Source: Lama guanicoe (taxonomy: Eukaryota). From it: DNA of 64,000 nucleotides. The stretch lies in NCBI GenBank assembly GCA_013239625.1, contig MU054117.1, forward strand, positions 932,001 through 996,000. Reading direction: 5' to 3'. The position numbers were made by a program, and so were the translations under genes. Below the pieces are notes generated by a model that ran no database searches, was not told where the DNA came from, and saw only the letters and a program-made list of their open reading frames with translations. Position 1 is the first letter of the stretch. Each line of letters begins with the position of its first letter. Positions 27,100 through 38,689 of the stretch are shown one piece after another.

Positions 27100-27665
27100 A
27101 AAAACCAGCAATTCCACGCCTAGGAATACACCCTAAAGAACAGGAAACAAGGGCTCAAACAGACACCCATGTGCTAATATCCACAGGAGCATTATTCCCA
27201 GCAGCCAAAAGGTGGAAACAGCCCACGTGTCCATCAGTCGATGGACAGATAAGCAGAATGTGGTTGGTTCACACAATGGAATATTATTCAACAACGAAAA
27301 AGAATGAAGTTCTGACACCCATGACACAACACAGAGGAAACCTGAAAACACTGTGCAAAGCGAAACAAGCCAGACACAGAAGGACAAATACTGTATGATT
27401 CTACTTATATGAAGCACCTAGAATGGGCAAACTCAGAGACGGAAAGTAGATTAGGTGTTACTGGAAGCTGGGGAGAGGGAGGAATGGGGAGTCATTACTT
27501 TGAGGTTGCAGAGTTTCTGTTTGGAGTAAAGAAAGAGGTCTGGAAATAGTGCGGTGGTGGTTGGTCAACACTGTGAATATACTTAATGCCACTGAATTGT
27601 ATACTTAAGAATGGTTAAAATGGAAAATTTCGTGACAGCATTTTATAATAAAAGTTTTTAAAAAA
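27100..27665 (+). mobile_element. L1MB-like 3' fragment
   Basis: Translated PAIPRLGIHPKE...AKRWKQPTCPSVDGQISRMWLVHTMEYYS; 3' UTR gtgaatatacttaatgccactgaattgtatacttaagaatggttaaaatgg. Confidence 0.9.
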
Positions 27666-27679
27666 GTAATAATTGAAGA

Positions 27680-28167
27680 AGATAAAGAAGATATGGTATA
27701 TATACATACAATGGTATATATGTGGGATGGAATATTACTCAGCCATAAAAAAGAATGGAATAATGCCATTTACAGCAACATGGATGGAGCTAGAGATTGT
27801 CACGCAAAGCGAAGTAAGTCAGACAAAGACAATTATCATATGATATCACTTATACATGGAATCAAAAAAAGATACAAATGAACTTATTTACAAAGTAGAA
27901 ATAGACTCACTGATGTAGGGAAAAAACTGTGGTACGGAAGGGGAAAGGAGAGGGAGGGGTAAAGCAGGAGTTTGGGATTAGCAGGTACAAACTACTATAG
28001 ATAAAATAAACAAGGTCTTCTGTCGAGCGCAGGGAACTACATTCAATACCTTGTAATAACCTGTAATGGAGAAGAACATATACACACACAGACCTGACGG
28101 AATCACTGTACTGCGCCCCTGAAGCTAACACAACGCTGCCAATCAACCATACTTCAATTTAAAAAAG
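27680..28167 (+). mobile_element. L1 3' fragment, artiodactyl type, directly after the tail of the L1MB
   Basis: ggaatattactcagccataaaaaagaatggaataatgccatttacagcaacatggatgg...aatcaaccatacttcaatttaaaaaa. Confidence 0.9.
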
Positions 28168-31100
28168 AGTCATAGCTCACATCTTCAGCTGTCCGTAGGT
28201 GTGGCTTACAGACTTAGCTTCAGGGAGAGACGGTGAGAGGAAATAAACCTTAAAACCACTTTTCACGTAACTGAAAGCACTTGATCTCACCTCCAAACGA
28301 CACCCGGGTCCCTGACCAACCTCATGGGCTTCCCTTCAGCTGCATCCTGTACCACGTGGACCACTGGTCCTGTGGACCACTGGTCACATGGGCCACTGGT
28401 CATGTGGATCGTCATGACAAGCCTTGATCTGAATGCAGGGGATGTGCGGCCCACAGGGGACGACACAGATGCGCCCAACGACGAAACTACCCTCACCGTC
28501 AAGGACACCTGAGAATCCACAGTCAGATGTGGCTGCAGGGGCCGGAGGGGCAGTGGACTGCCAGTGAGGGGGGATGACTGTGTGCAGGCACCGGACAGCG
28601 GTGATGGTGGCACAACCCTACAAACACGCTGAAAATCACCGAACTGTGCACTTGAAAGGTATGGCAAGGTATCTTTTCCAGTAAGTGGATAACGTCTCCA
28701 CAGAGACGTTCTCTAAAGATAAGCAAGTGCAGTCCAGGGGCTCAGCTGTCCCCAGACGCGTCAGAGTCTTGCAGGGCTGAGAGCGCCCATTCTCCCGGAG
28801 GAGGTTACGGGGCAGACTCTCCAAGAACGTGGTGGGGCCGGCCACGCCCCGACACGGTCATCTCCAAGGCAAGACTGGACAGATCGAGGTCCCCCTTGAA
28901 GGTCTGCACAGGGATCAGAAGGCCCAGGCAGGAACCTCGGGAACAAACCAACAAACAGCTCGGGAAGCGGACGGCGAGGGACAGGTGTGGAGCCACCACA
29001 GAGCCACCCAAGCCGGTCCCGCGAGGCTGGCTCGAGGTCGCTCTCCCTCGGCACCACGCAGAGAGAGGACACCAAGAACACATGCTCGGAAAGTCTGACT
29101 GACCTGCGTGTAATTCCCGCTCCAGCGCCGTCCAGGTGACCTTGGCCATGTTCCTCAAGCCCTCGGGTCCTACGTTTCCTCATGCGAAAAATGTCATTAA
29201 TGCCCACCCCCAGGATGGGTGTCAGGACGAAACGACACCAAGTGGGTGACGTCCCACTCGATAAGTGGCGCTCTGATCCTGCCCCATTCCACAAACAGCA
29301 GACGGCGGGTGTTCCGCTGCAATACAGGTTATTTTTACAGCTAAAGCTGAGCACATGGATGGCCCCGCAGATCACAGGACCAGAGGCGGGGGTGCAGGTG
29401 GGGTGGGGGAAGCAAGGCGCCAACTGAACCTCTCCTCTCCCAGCACCCTTTCTGAGGACGAGATTAGTTTTGCTTTGGGAAGCTAAAGGCTAGCCTGTCA
29501 CTTAAGATGTGACATTCAAGCCCTCTCCTATTTTGAGAAGTGTCTCCAGACTCTGTACGGAACCGCTCCTTCCATCTACAAACCTCCAGCACTTTTGCTA
29601 TATATATATATATTTTAAATGAGTTTATTTTCTGAAGCCGAGGTTTACACTGAAGCAAAGTTTTCATTGCCAGGCAGTCTGTCCTCCTGTACCGAGGAGC
29701 GCTGTTTAGGTTTGGGGAATTCGTGTTGGAAAGAGAAGACATGTTTTTCTGTCCAGGCAGTAACCTTCCTGCTCTCCGTGGCCCTATCTTTAAATATTGG
29801 GACCCTCAGAGGACTCCTGGCCGGGCTGGAAGGCAGAACCGTGGAGCGTGGGCGGCAGGCAGGAGCCCGGTGCCGTGGCTGTGGGACTGTGGTCATGGCA
29901 GGTGGGCCGCCGCCAGGCTGGGGAAGCCCCGCCCCCCAGGTCCAGACGGTCCCACCGTCCCGGGATCCCACTGGCTCGGGGTGGTCGACGCTTATCAAGG
30001 AAAATCAAAACACCAGGCCTCTCCCGACAGGTTTTCCTTCTTCTGATTACTCAGTATCAGCCAAACCCACTGTCTCTCTCCACTTCACATCCCCATCCCT
30101 GGAATTTTGAATAATGCCATCTATCCATCGCCACCTACAAAACTGTCTGGATGCTTTGGAAGTTGTTTCGGAGCATAACTTTCCCAAACTCCGGCATCTT
30201 GTCCTCCACTAAGAAAGCTGCCGTCCTCACGCACCACCGGTGACGTCCCGTCCCCCTGCTCGGAGCCTCAGGCTGCCCAATGAGGCCAATGGCCTGAGGG
30301 CTACTGTCTCCGTCTTACAGATGAAACCGTCAGAGCTGACGCCGTCAGGACTCAGAGAAAGACCCCGAGTCAAAGGGTGTGGCCCACGTCACTTTTCTGG
30401 GGGCAGCCTTCCTTACTTGTGTTTTTCTCTTTCTTCTCCTTTTGCTAACTGACATCTCTGCAAGGTTTTAGCCCAACATGGATGATTTTGGAAGGAAAAA
30501 ATATATATAAATGACTGAACATGACACAATGGTTACAAAGTAAATAGAGCTTAATTGAGTAATCAAGTCAACATTTCTCAACATTCCTGCCCACAGGCAA
30601 AGCAGAGAGGAACATTCATTTACTGTCTGGGCTTTGGCTCGCTTCGCCAAAGGACAGGAGACAGGATTATTCTATTTTCCTTTCAGTGAGGTTCTAGCGG
30701 GCAGCACCAGGCATGGCGGAGTGAATGAAAGGAAACCCCTGTTGGCAAATGCGAGCTTGAATATTTCATGAAATTACAGCAACACTGTGCTCTGAGATGG
30801 TGGCTTCCTCCGGGGACCTCAGAGGCCACACTTCTGAGGGTGAGTCGGGCTCATTCCTGGTCTGTAAGCTAGAGACCAGGTCAGCCCAAAGGCCTTCCGG
30901 GTTCTGGGAGCCTCACACCAGACCACGACGGCCCTGGGGGTGGTGGAAAAGTCAGAGGCAGGCCCGAGGGGATGCCCTCCCGTGCGGAGTTTAACCTCTC
31001 CTAACTTAAATGTCTCCCGGGAAGAGCGGGGGTCCTAGGGCTGCATCCCCAACCGGGAAGCAGGGGCCCTGACCTCCAGCTCAGTGGGCTCCAGCAGCGG

Positions 31101-34100
31101 CAGCCTGCCCGCCACAGCTCCCACCCTGCCCTGTGGTTCCGGCCTGTGCCTCTCGCCAGGCCGGCCGGCCGGCAGCCAAGCCGGCCAGTCCACGAACGAG
31201 CCCCAAGCCCTCACCAAGGGACCCCGACAGCACAGCCTGGCCTCCGCCCCAGGGCGCAGCAAGGAAGCCAGCAAATGAAGAGGCTTGGAGGTGCGTCCGT
31301 CTGCGGACGGACCAGGGATCTGAGTTTTGTGGGAGTTTCTTGTGGACACGTATGAACTTTGACTCTGAGGACTAAGAAATGTCTAAGCCTTTCCAGTGAG
31401 AGAGCCCCCAGACCCTGTCTCCAAATCGAGTGTCTCAGAAATAGCTTGTACCTGAGGTTCCTTCACCCACAAAACGTTCTGATCCTAGAAAGTGAGCTCC
31501 CAAAGAGACGTGCGTTTATCCTGTCTGCCTGACAGCCCTCAGAGGGTGTGGTCTAGGGCCGCCCCCCCCCCCGCACACTCACTCACACACGCGCGCGCAC
31601 ACACACACATGCGCGGTACGGCACCAGAGGCTGTCGTGAGGCGGCCGTGTTGCGGAGAGCTGGCCGGGCTCTGGGGGAAGGGCTGTGGGTCTGGGGTTCT
31701 GGCCGCAGCCCCTGCGTCGCCTCTGTTCAAACCAGATCAACTGTCCCCTTGGCTCCCTGGGGGTCTGGGAGGCAAGGCCTCTTCAACGTGTTTGCCTCCT
31801 GAGCTGCAGCCCCAACTGCGCTGCTTCTGACCCTCAGACCCCCACTTCAATCAGTTCAGGTCCACGAGCAGTAACTATGCCCCAGATCCTCCCCCAGACA
31901 CCCCCCGGGAGCTGGGCTCTCCTGCGGCCCCCAGAGGCCCGGCCCCCGCACAGCTCTGCCCTCCCAGGTCCGGCCCCACAGTGCCCACACCTAGAACGCA
32001 GAGAGGCCCCAAGGTCCCCAGGATCCTGGCACCCTCAGCCCCTTCCTGCCCAAAGCAGCTGCCTCAGAGAAGGCGGTGGAGGGGAGGGACCAGGGCTGGC
32101 GGGGTGTATGCAGGCGGCCGTGTTTGCCCGGGTCCAGGTCCGGCTCTGAGCCCCGACACCACCCCTGGGACCCGAGCCCTGGACCCGCCTCCTTCAGTTT
32201 GTCCCACGATGGCCTTGGGGCAGGGTGGGGCGGGGTGTCCCAGCACCCGGCCTTGGAACTGCGCTGCGAGCACTCCGTCGTCCCAGAGGGACCCGGTCAC
32301 TTCAACTTGCTTTGCACGGTATCTGACCCCGAGGTTCCGGTAAACAGGTGTTTACCGAATTATCTCAATAATGACAGCCATGGCTGGAGTGCTGTTTCAT
32401 TATCAGGATGTTTGGCACTTACGTCACTGAACACTTAGCACCTGATACTTGGCAGAGCCGTTCCCGCGCCCTTCTCCTCAGAGCCCACCCTCAGCTGAGG
32501 CGACAGTGAGGACGGGTCCAGAAACAGACTGAACCAGCGTGACTCTCTCGCTCATGAGTCTTGTTCATCTCCAGGTGTTTCCCCGAACAATCTATCAGCT
32601 CCGTCTGGTCCAGATTGGAAAATAAAATTGTCTCCTGATTTCGAATGTCAGGCACTGATTCCAGAGTCCCTGTGAGGAACAGGGGGGCCCCACCGGTGGA
32701 CAGGTCACCTCTGTGTGACAGACAGCTGGACACAGCAGGAAGGGCCTGCAGCAGCTCCCCACCACCCTCAGCGTGGCAGCCAGGGTCCTCAGACCCCAGG
32801 GAACTCATCCCAGCGACGGAGAGCCCCGAGCAAAGAGAGGACAGAAAACACCGGGAGCTGGGAAACCACCGAAACTCAGAACAAACCTCAGCTCCCTCCC
32901 ACCCACCTGGGTCTCCCGCGCGCTTCTGCCGCGACCCGGCCGCCAGCCAGGCTCGTCAGCAGAGACCGGCTGTGACGTGCGCCCAGCTGCTCTGTGCTCT
33001 CCCCCCAATAAAGTTAGGGACACGTCCTCTCGCCTCTGAGATGACGAGGTCTGCCACGTGACAGACCAGGCTTCCAGCCCCCGCGCTTCAGGCCAGCCCC
33101 ACCCTGGCCTGGGACCTCCGGCCCCTCGGGTCACCAGACACAGTGGTCGCCAGGGAGGAACGGCCGTCACAAGTGCAGCTGGGCGGGACGCTGCCCGCAC
33201 TGCAGGACAGCGGAGGGCCGGGGTGAGGGGGGGCAGTCCAAGGTGGGTGCACTACTGGAGAGAGGGCTGGCGGTGACCGGGACCCCCAGGCATGTGTGCG
33301 CGGGGTGCTCAGGTCTGTGGGGGTCTCTGCCCTGGGACAGGCACAAGGAAGAGTCCCAGCAGCAAGACGTGCCCTCCAGAGCCCCTGTCCCCTCCCCGCC
33401 GGGGCCCGTCCTGACTCCCAGGCCCTGGGGTGCCACCTCCTGGAGGAGGCAGGAACCACACCTGCTCTGGTCTGGGGGCTGCGCTGACCCTGGGCCAGGG
33501 CCCTGGGGACAGCAGGGCCAGTGCTGGGTGGTGGGAAAATAGGTCAGCAGGGTCTCAGACCCCCACCCAGGCTGCTCCTGGGTCTCCTTCCACATTCGTC
33601 CTACACCCAGAAAAACCCACCTGGGGCAGCTTTAAGGCACAGAGGAAACTGAAGGAAGGGTCCCAAGTCATCACCGAGACCCAGGGGCCAGCAGCTCGCC
33701 ACCTCCTCGCAAAGCCCTGTGCCCGCAGCACCGACCTGTGGAGAACCATTCACCCAGCGCGAGGCACTGACGGGGTCCAGAAGCCTCCGGGGGCACCACC
33801 AGGGCTCCTGTCTGCCACCAGGTCCCCAAAGGGCACGGGGCTCTGTGTAATCTATTTAAAATAGCTTTCCCTTATTCGGGGGTGTGTGTGCACATTTAAA
33901 TACTGTTAGCATGTGCTCCCTGGAAATGATGAATAATTGATTCTTGTAATGCATTCTATTGTGTAGTGTCCTGACCCACTGGAAAGTACCTGAACAGCGC
34001 TAGGAATGGCATCTGGAACCTCGGGAGCCCTCTTCCTCTGGCCTCCTCCACGCAGAGTCCAAGAAAGAGGGGCCAGTGTCACACTCCCTCCAGCCCGCAC

Positions 34101-36867
34101 CAGCGAGGTGCACGCAGCCGTGTCCTCTGACCACTGATCGTCACTACCATTACTTTATTACGCTGATTGCGGCTCTGCTGTGTTGCTGGTAGTGCTTTGA
34201 AAAGAAAAGCACAGTGTGTCTTCCAGTCTGGGAACATGTTTCCCCCTCTGCCTTGTCTCCAGCAGATAAGGGACATTCTGATGTTTTATTTGTTAAATGG
34301 TTGACTATTAAGAAACTCATTTGCTAGCTGGAGCCTGCAATGGAAAATCAGCCCTGAAAAGTGGGAGGCTGGCGTGGGACCAGAGCAGACCGGGTGCTGG
34401 AGGTGAGGAGAGGCTGGAGAGGCCAGAGAGTCGCTCCCAGCCTGAACCCGAGGTCAGGAGCCAGCCCTCGGGAACCTGTGGGCTGCCCCAACCGGCCAAC
34501 CCCCGGTCTCCATGCCCTGACCCTACACACACACACAACACACACGCCCCACGAAAAAGCTGGGGGGAAAGCGCCGAGGCATGAATGCCTCAGAGTCTGT
34601 CTGGAGAAGAATGTAACCCCCGCCGTCGCCACCTTCTTCCCCTCTCTGCTCTCGTCCGCACCATCCAAGCTGCTCACTGGCTCCTCGCCCCCCGCTGTCC
34701 CTGAAACCCTGACCCCCAGCTGGGTTTCCTCACCCCTTCAGTTATGGAGGCCCAGCAGCCCCTTCCTGGTACATGTTCCCGCTCTTCTAGGTCCTCCCTT
34801 CCCCACCTCCATCCCCCTCCTCCCCTCCCGCCCCCAGAACGCCCACGGGGGGGGGGGGGGAGACGGGATCCTGGTGCTCCTTCACCGAAAAATGCATCCA
34901 GGAAAGGAGGCAAAACTGCTCCCGTGAATTATATAATCACTGCAGCTCAAAGAAGGGAGAGAGCTGGAATTCAGGTTGCCATAGCGTTTGCGGGCGTGCC
35001 GCGGGGAAGGCAGGCAGAGCTCCCGGCCGCGCTCACTCTCTGCCTTTCCCTCCATCTTCCTCACAGACTCGCCAGGGCCCGCCAAGGCTCCTACTCTGAA
35101 CGTAGCCTGCTCCCTGCGTTCACGTGTGGGGAGGGGGTGCTGGGGCACAAAGGGGCCAGGAGGGAAGGAAGGAGTGAAGAAGGGTTTGTCCTGCATGGAG
35201 AGGCCTTGTGGACTGTCTGAAATTATCACCATGTGAATAATGATTGTGACCACCGTCCACGGCCATCATCAGTGGCAGTGAGGACGCAGCCCCCGGGGGT
35301 TCCTCTTCAAGGCTGCCTGAACTGAGCCGAGAGCCAGGAGGGGAGAGACCCACCCCCTCTTCACAGACATCAGCCTTTCTTTTGTGTCTCCTTGCCTCCC
35401 TCCTGATCCATCCACTACTCCAGCAGGAGGGGTACAGGGAGCAGGTGAGGGGTGGGGCACAGGGTGGAGAAATCGAGACAGAAGCTGCCCCCGTGACTCC
35501 AAAGCCCCGACTCACTCTAGAACCCACGACCCTTGACACAATTCTTTCCTGCAAAAGAGGCCAAAATCCCCTCACTGCCACCCAGGCTGGAAATCAGTTT
35601 CAGGACGGATGGAGACCAGGCAGGGAGCCTGCCTGGCGGCCTCTGGCTCTAAAGGGTAGGAGCTTGTCTGCTAACGGTGGGGATGGGGGCAAAGGAAGTA
35701 GGAGGCTGGAGAGAAGAGGCAGGGGGCTGCCCCTCCGCCAGGCCGGTCCTCCCAGGAGCACTGGAGTGCCCAGGAAGCAGCAGGACCCACAGCGACAGGT
35801 ATTGAGAAGGAAGAGGTGAGAAGGAGGAGTGTAAACAGGGAGGCCTGGGAAACTGGAGGGAGAAAAGGAAGCGCCAGAGACAGAGAAAGCCATGGGGGAG
35901 GCAGAGACCAAGCCGGAGGCAGCCACACTCCAGCAGGACTGTCCCTCCACACTCCATCCTGACCGTAATTGCCCAGCAGTGAGGAAAAATAATAACTTGT
36001 TAATATGGGGGGGGCGGGGGCGGTGAGGGAGAAAGTTTCCAGGAAGTGGGGAGTTGCCGGAAAGCCTTTTCCCCTCGCAGGGGGAGCTGCAGACACTTGA
36101 TGCCAAGGATGGAGGTGCTGGGAAAACACTGGGCGACACTGTGAGCTGCGTGAGCTCGGCACACCCTTTTATTATTGCCTGAAAACCTGAAAAAGCAGAG
36201 CCCACACACCGCCCGAATCCTAACCGCTGACAACCTCAGGTGCTAGCCCACATGTGGGTGCGAATAGGAACACACGGGGCGTGGGCGCGCTGGGGTCAGT
36301 GGCAGCGGAGAGGTGGGTGGGTGTAGGGAGCTGGGGGAGAGGGGCACAGAGAGAGAGAGATGGGGGGACGGCCACGGGGAGAGGGGGAGAGGCAGAGGGG
36401 AAAGGAGAGGCGCCCAGACTCTCGGCGGCACGCCGGCGGCCACCCGCCACCTGGAGCGCGCTGCCCGGGCAGGGGCGCCAAGCAGGGGCGCCGGCCGTCC
36501 TGGTGCGGGTGCGCGCGCGCGCTCCCAGCCGCGCCCTGGGCGAGGTGAGGACCCCGGCCCGCCGGGCCGGGGCGCCGCTGGCCGGGCCGCTGGGCTCTCC
36601 CGGCAAGCGCGAGCAAGCGAGGCCGGAGCAGGCACTTGGGAACTTTTCCCCTCGCCTGGCATTTCTCCGGACGCACGGCTCGGGGGCCGCGGCCGCGGGC
36701 GGGGGAGGGGCGGGGATTTTCCGCTCGGGCTCCGCGCGGTTCGGCCCGGGTCCCGCGGGCTCCCGGCTGCTCGGGGAGAAGGACGCGCGGCGGGGACCAG
36801 CCGGGGCCGCGGGGCGCGCGGGCGAGCCGGTGAGGCTGGCAGGCGCGGCGGCAGGGTCCAGCCTTAC

Positions 36868-36916
36868 CTTGGTGGTTTTCCTCTGGGATGTACATCCTCG
36901 TGTTCTCATTGACCAT
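36868..36916 (-). CDS. CACNA1C: CACNA1C (Cav1.2 alpha-1C subunit) first coding exon, exon 1b; 16 codons + 1 nt, phase-1 donor
   Basis: Minus strand reads ATG GTC AAT GAG AAC ACG AGG ATG TAC ATC CCA GAG GAA AAC CAC CAA G|GTAAGG = MVNENTRMYIPEENHQ(G), the recognised N-terminus of the short (smooth muscle/brain) Cav1.2 isoform; canonical GT donor at 36867-36866. Confidence 0.97.
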
Positions 36917-37227
36917 GGAGCAAGAATTGTTTTAGGAGGAGACGAAGCCAACAAAGAGGAATGTCAAACACCCCCAGGCGGGTCTGCGCTAATCCCTCCT
37001 CCGAGGCCGGCGGCTTCCGTGCAAAATTCGAGGGAGCCGTGGATCTGCAGTATCTCTTCCTCCCTTCTGATGATTACCTGATTCCCATTATGGCATCAAA
37101 CACCCAAAACTGATCCTTTCCACTACTGCCTCCTTCAGAGAAATTGTAATGCATCCTCAGCACATCCGGGCCCCTTCCAAGAATTCAGCACCGCACCTCT
37201 GGCGGCCACAGCATTTGAAAAAATAAA
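36917..37227 (-). other. CACNA1C: CACNA1C exon 1b 5' UTR (5' boundary approximate)
   Basis: Minus strand ATTTATTTTTTCAAATGCTGTGGCCGCC...GGAGGCAGTAGTGGAAAGG...GATGCCATAATGGGAATCAGGTAATC...CCATGGTCAATG closely resembles the human CACNA1C mRNA leader as I recall it; lower GC than the flanking island. Confidence 0.8.
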
Positions 37228-38689
37228 TGGAGAGGCTGAGCGGGAGGCGGGAGGGGGAGAGGGGAGCACCGACCCCAGGACGGGAGGAGCCCGCCGGCCG
37301 CCGGCCCGAACCGTCTCCGCCCGCTCTCGGCGCGTCCTCCCCGGCCCTGCTCCGCGTTTTCTGCCCAAAGGTCCAGCGAGTCCCGAGGGCGAGGAGGCAG
37401 GAAGGCGCCGCCGCTCCGGGCCGCGCCGCGCGCCGCTCTGGCAGGAGCTGTTTCTGCAGAGGCGGCGAGAGGGAGGCGGGGGCAGGAGCGCGGAGCGCGG
37501 CGCTCACCCCGCGGCCCGCCGCCCCGCCCGCCCGCCCGGCGCGCCCCAGGCGGACGCGCTGAACGCTTCCAGATGTGGCGGCGGCGCGCGGGGCCGGGCG
37601 CACGGCGCGGGGCGCGCGGCGCCGACTTGGGCCTGGCCTGGGCCCCCCACTCGCCCCGCCGCCCGCGCCTCGGCCCACATGCCGCCCAGACACACCCCTC
37701 GCGCCCCGCCCCGGCCCCCACGGCGGCCGGCGAGGCCTCGGGCGCGCAATGCCAGGAGGGGCTCCGATCCGCCCACCTAGAGTGTCTGCAGCTTGGGCCG
37801 CCGAGCAAAACGGCAGGACGAGCCGTGCCCCCGCGCCTGGGTCTGATCGATCCATGACTATCGGAGCGGCTGCACGAGTGGCGTGGAGAGGCGAGGGTGG
37901 GCAGGGGCGAGGGCAGAGAGAGAGGGCCCGAGAGGCGGAGCCTCGTGGCAAGGCAGTGGTGCCCAGATGTCTGAGCAGATTAATAGACCCGGGGCTTCTT
38001 AATTCCTCGGAGGCAGCCGAGCACGTGTGCTGCTAGGTTATCCTTACCTTCCCTTAATTATTCCTGCCACTCCGGCGGGAATCTATTGAGCGCCGCTCCT
38101 TCCCGGAGCGGCGAGCCTTTCTCCCCATCACTCGGGCCGCCGATGAAGGTCCATGGCACCCCCTGCAGGCCCGGGCTCCTGACAGCGGGGCTGCCTGAGC
38201 CCTGGCAGGGGCCCTTGCAGCTCCTCCACCTTCCTGCCCGCAGAGCCCCAGCACCGGCCCCTGCACCCACGCCCTGGGCGAGCCCGTCCATCCCCTCGGC
38301 AGTGGGCAACTGCCCACACCAGATTCGTGTCTCCAGCGCAGACCTCCCTTCTCCATCGCCAGGCTGCGCAGCCAACTCAGCCTGCACCCTGGGCTTGCAG
38401 GGACATCTCACACCTGCCAGGCCCAAACGCCAGGTTCCTCATTTTCTGTGCAAAACCTGCTCCTCGGTAGCCTCCCCATCTCAGCGGGTGGGGCCAAAAG
38501 CCTGGGTCGTTCACGACTCCTTTCTCTCGTGTTCACCACTGGGCCTTTGGGAAACCCGGAAAAAACTTGGAAGTGACCACTGCTCAGCTCCCCTCCTGCC
38601 CCCTGCCCCAGGCCTGAGCCAGCAGCATCTTCGGCTGGGTTTCCACAGAGGCTGGCATCCCCGGTCCCCCTCCCCTCCTTTAATTGATC

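Larger units (their letters stand above)
1..36867 (-). other. CACNA1C: CACNA1C intron following exon 1b (continues beyond window start)
   Basis: Starts at the GTAAGG donor; the exon 2 peptide ([20 protein letters not shown]...) appears in no listed ORF. Confidence 0.85.
36250..38200. promoter_or_regulatory. CACNA1C: CpG island / promoter of CACNA1C exon 1b
   Basis: Very dense CpG and GC content (e.g. 36420-36860 and 37240-37830) with several GGGCGG/CCGCCC GC boxes surrounding a first exon. Confidence 0.9.

Noticed and set aside
36296..36916. 206-aa ORF starting MVNENTRMYIPEENHQG
   Set aside because: Only the first 49 nt are exon; the rest is read-through past a canonical donor into a GC-rich intron with low-complexity Arg/Pro/Gly sequence
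37085..37093. CArG box (CCATTATGG)
   Set aside because: Only five A/T bases lie between CC and GG; not the CC(A/T)6GG consensus
37184..37192. REST/RE1 site (TTCAGCACC)
   Set aside because: Only the left half-site is present; no GGACAG right half follows
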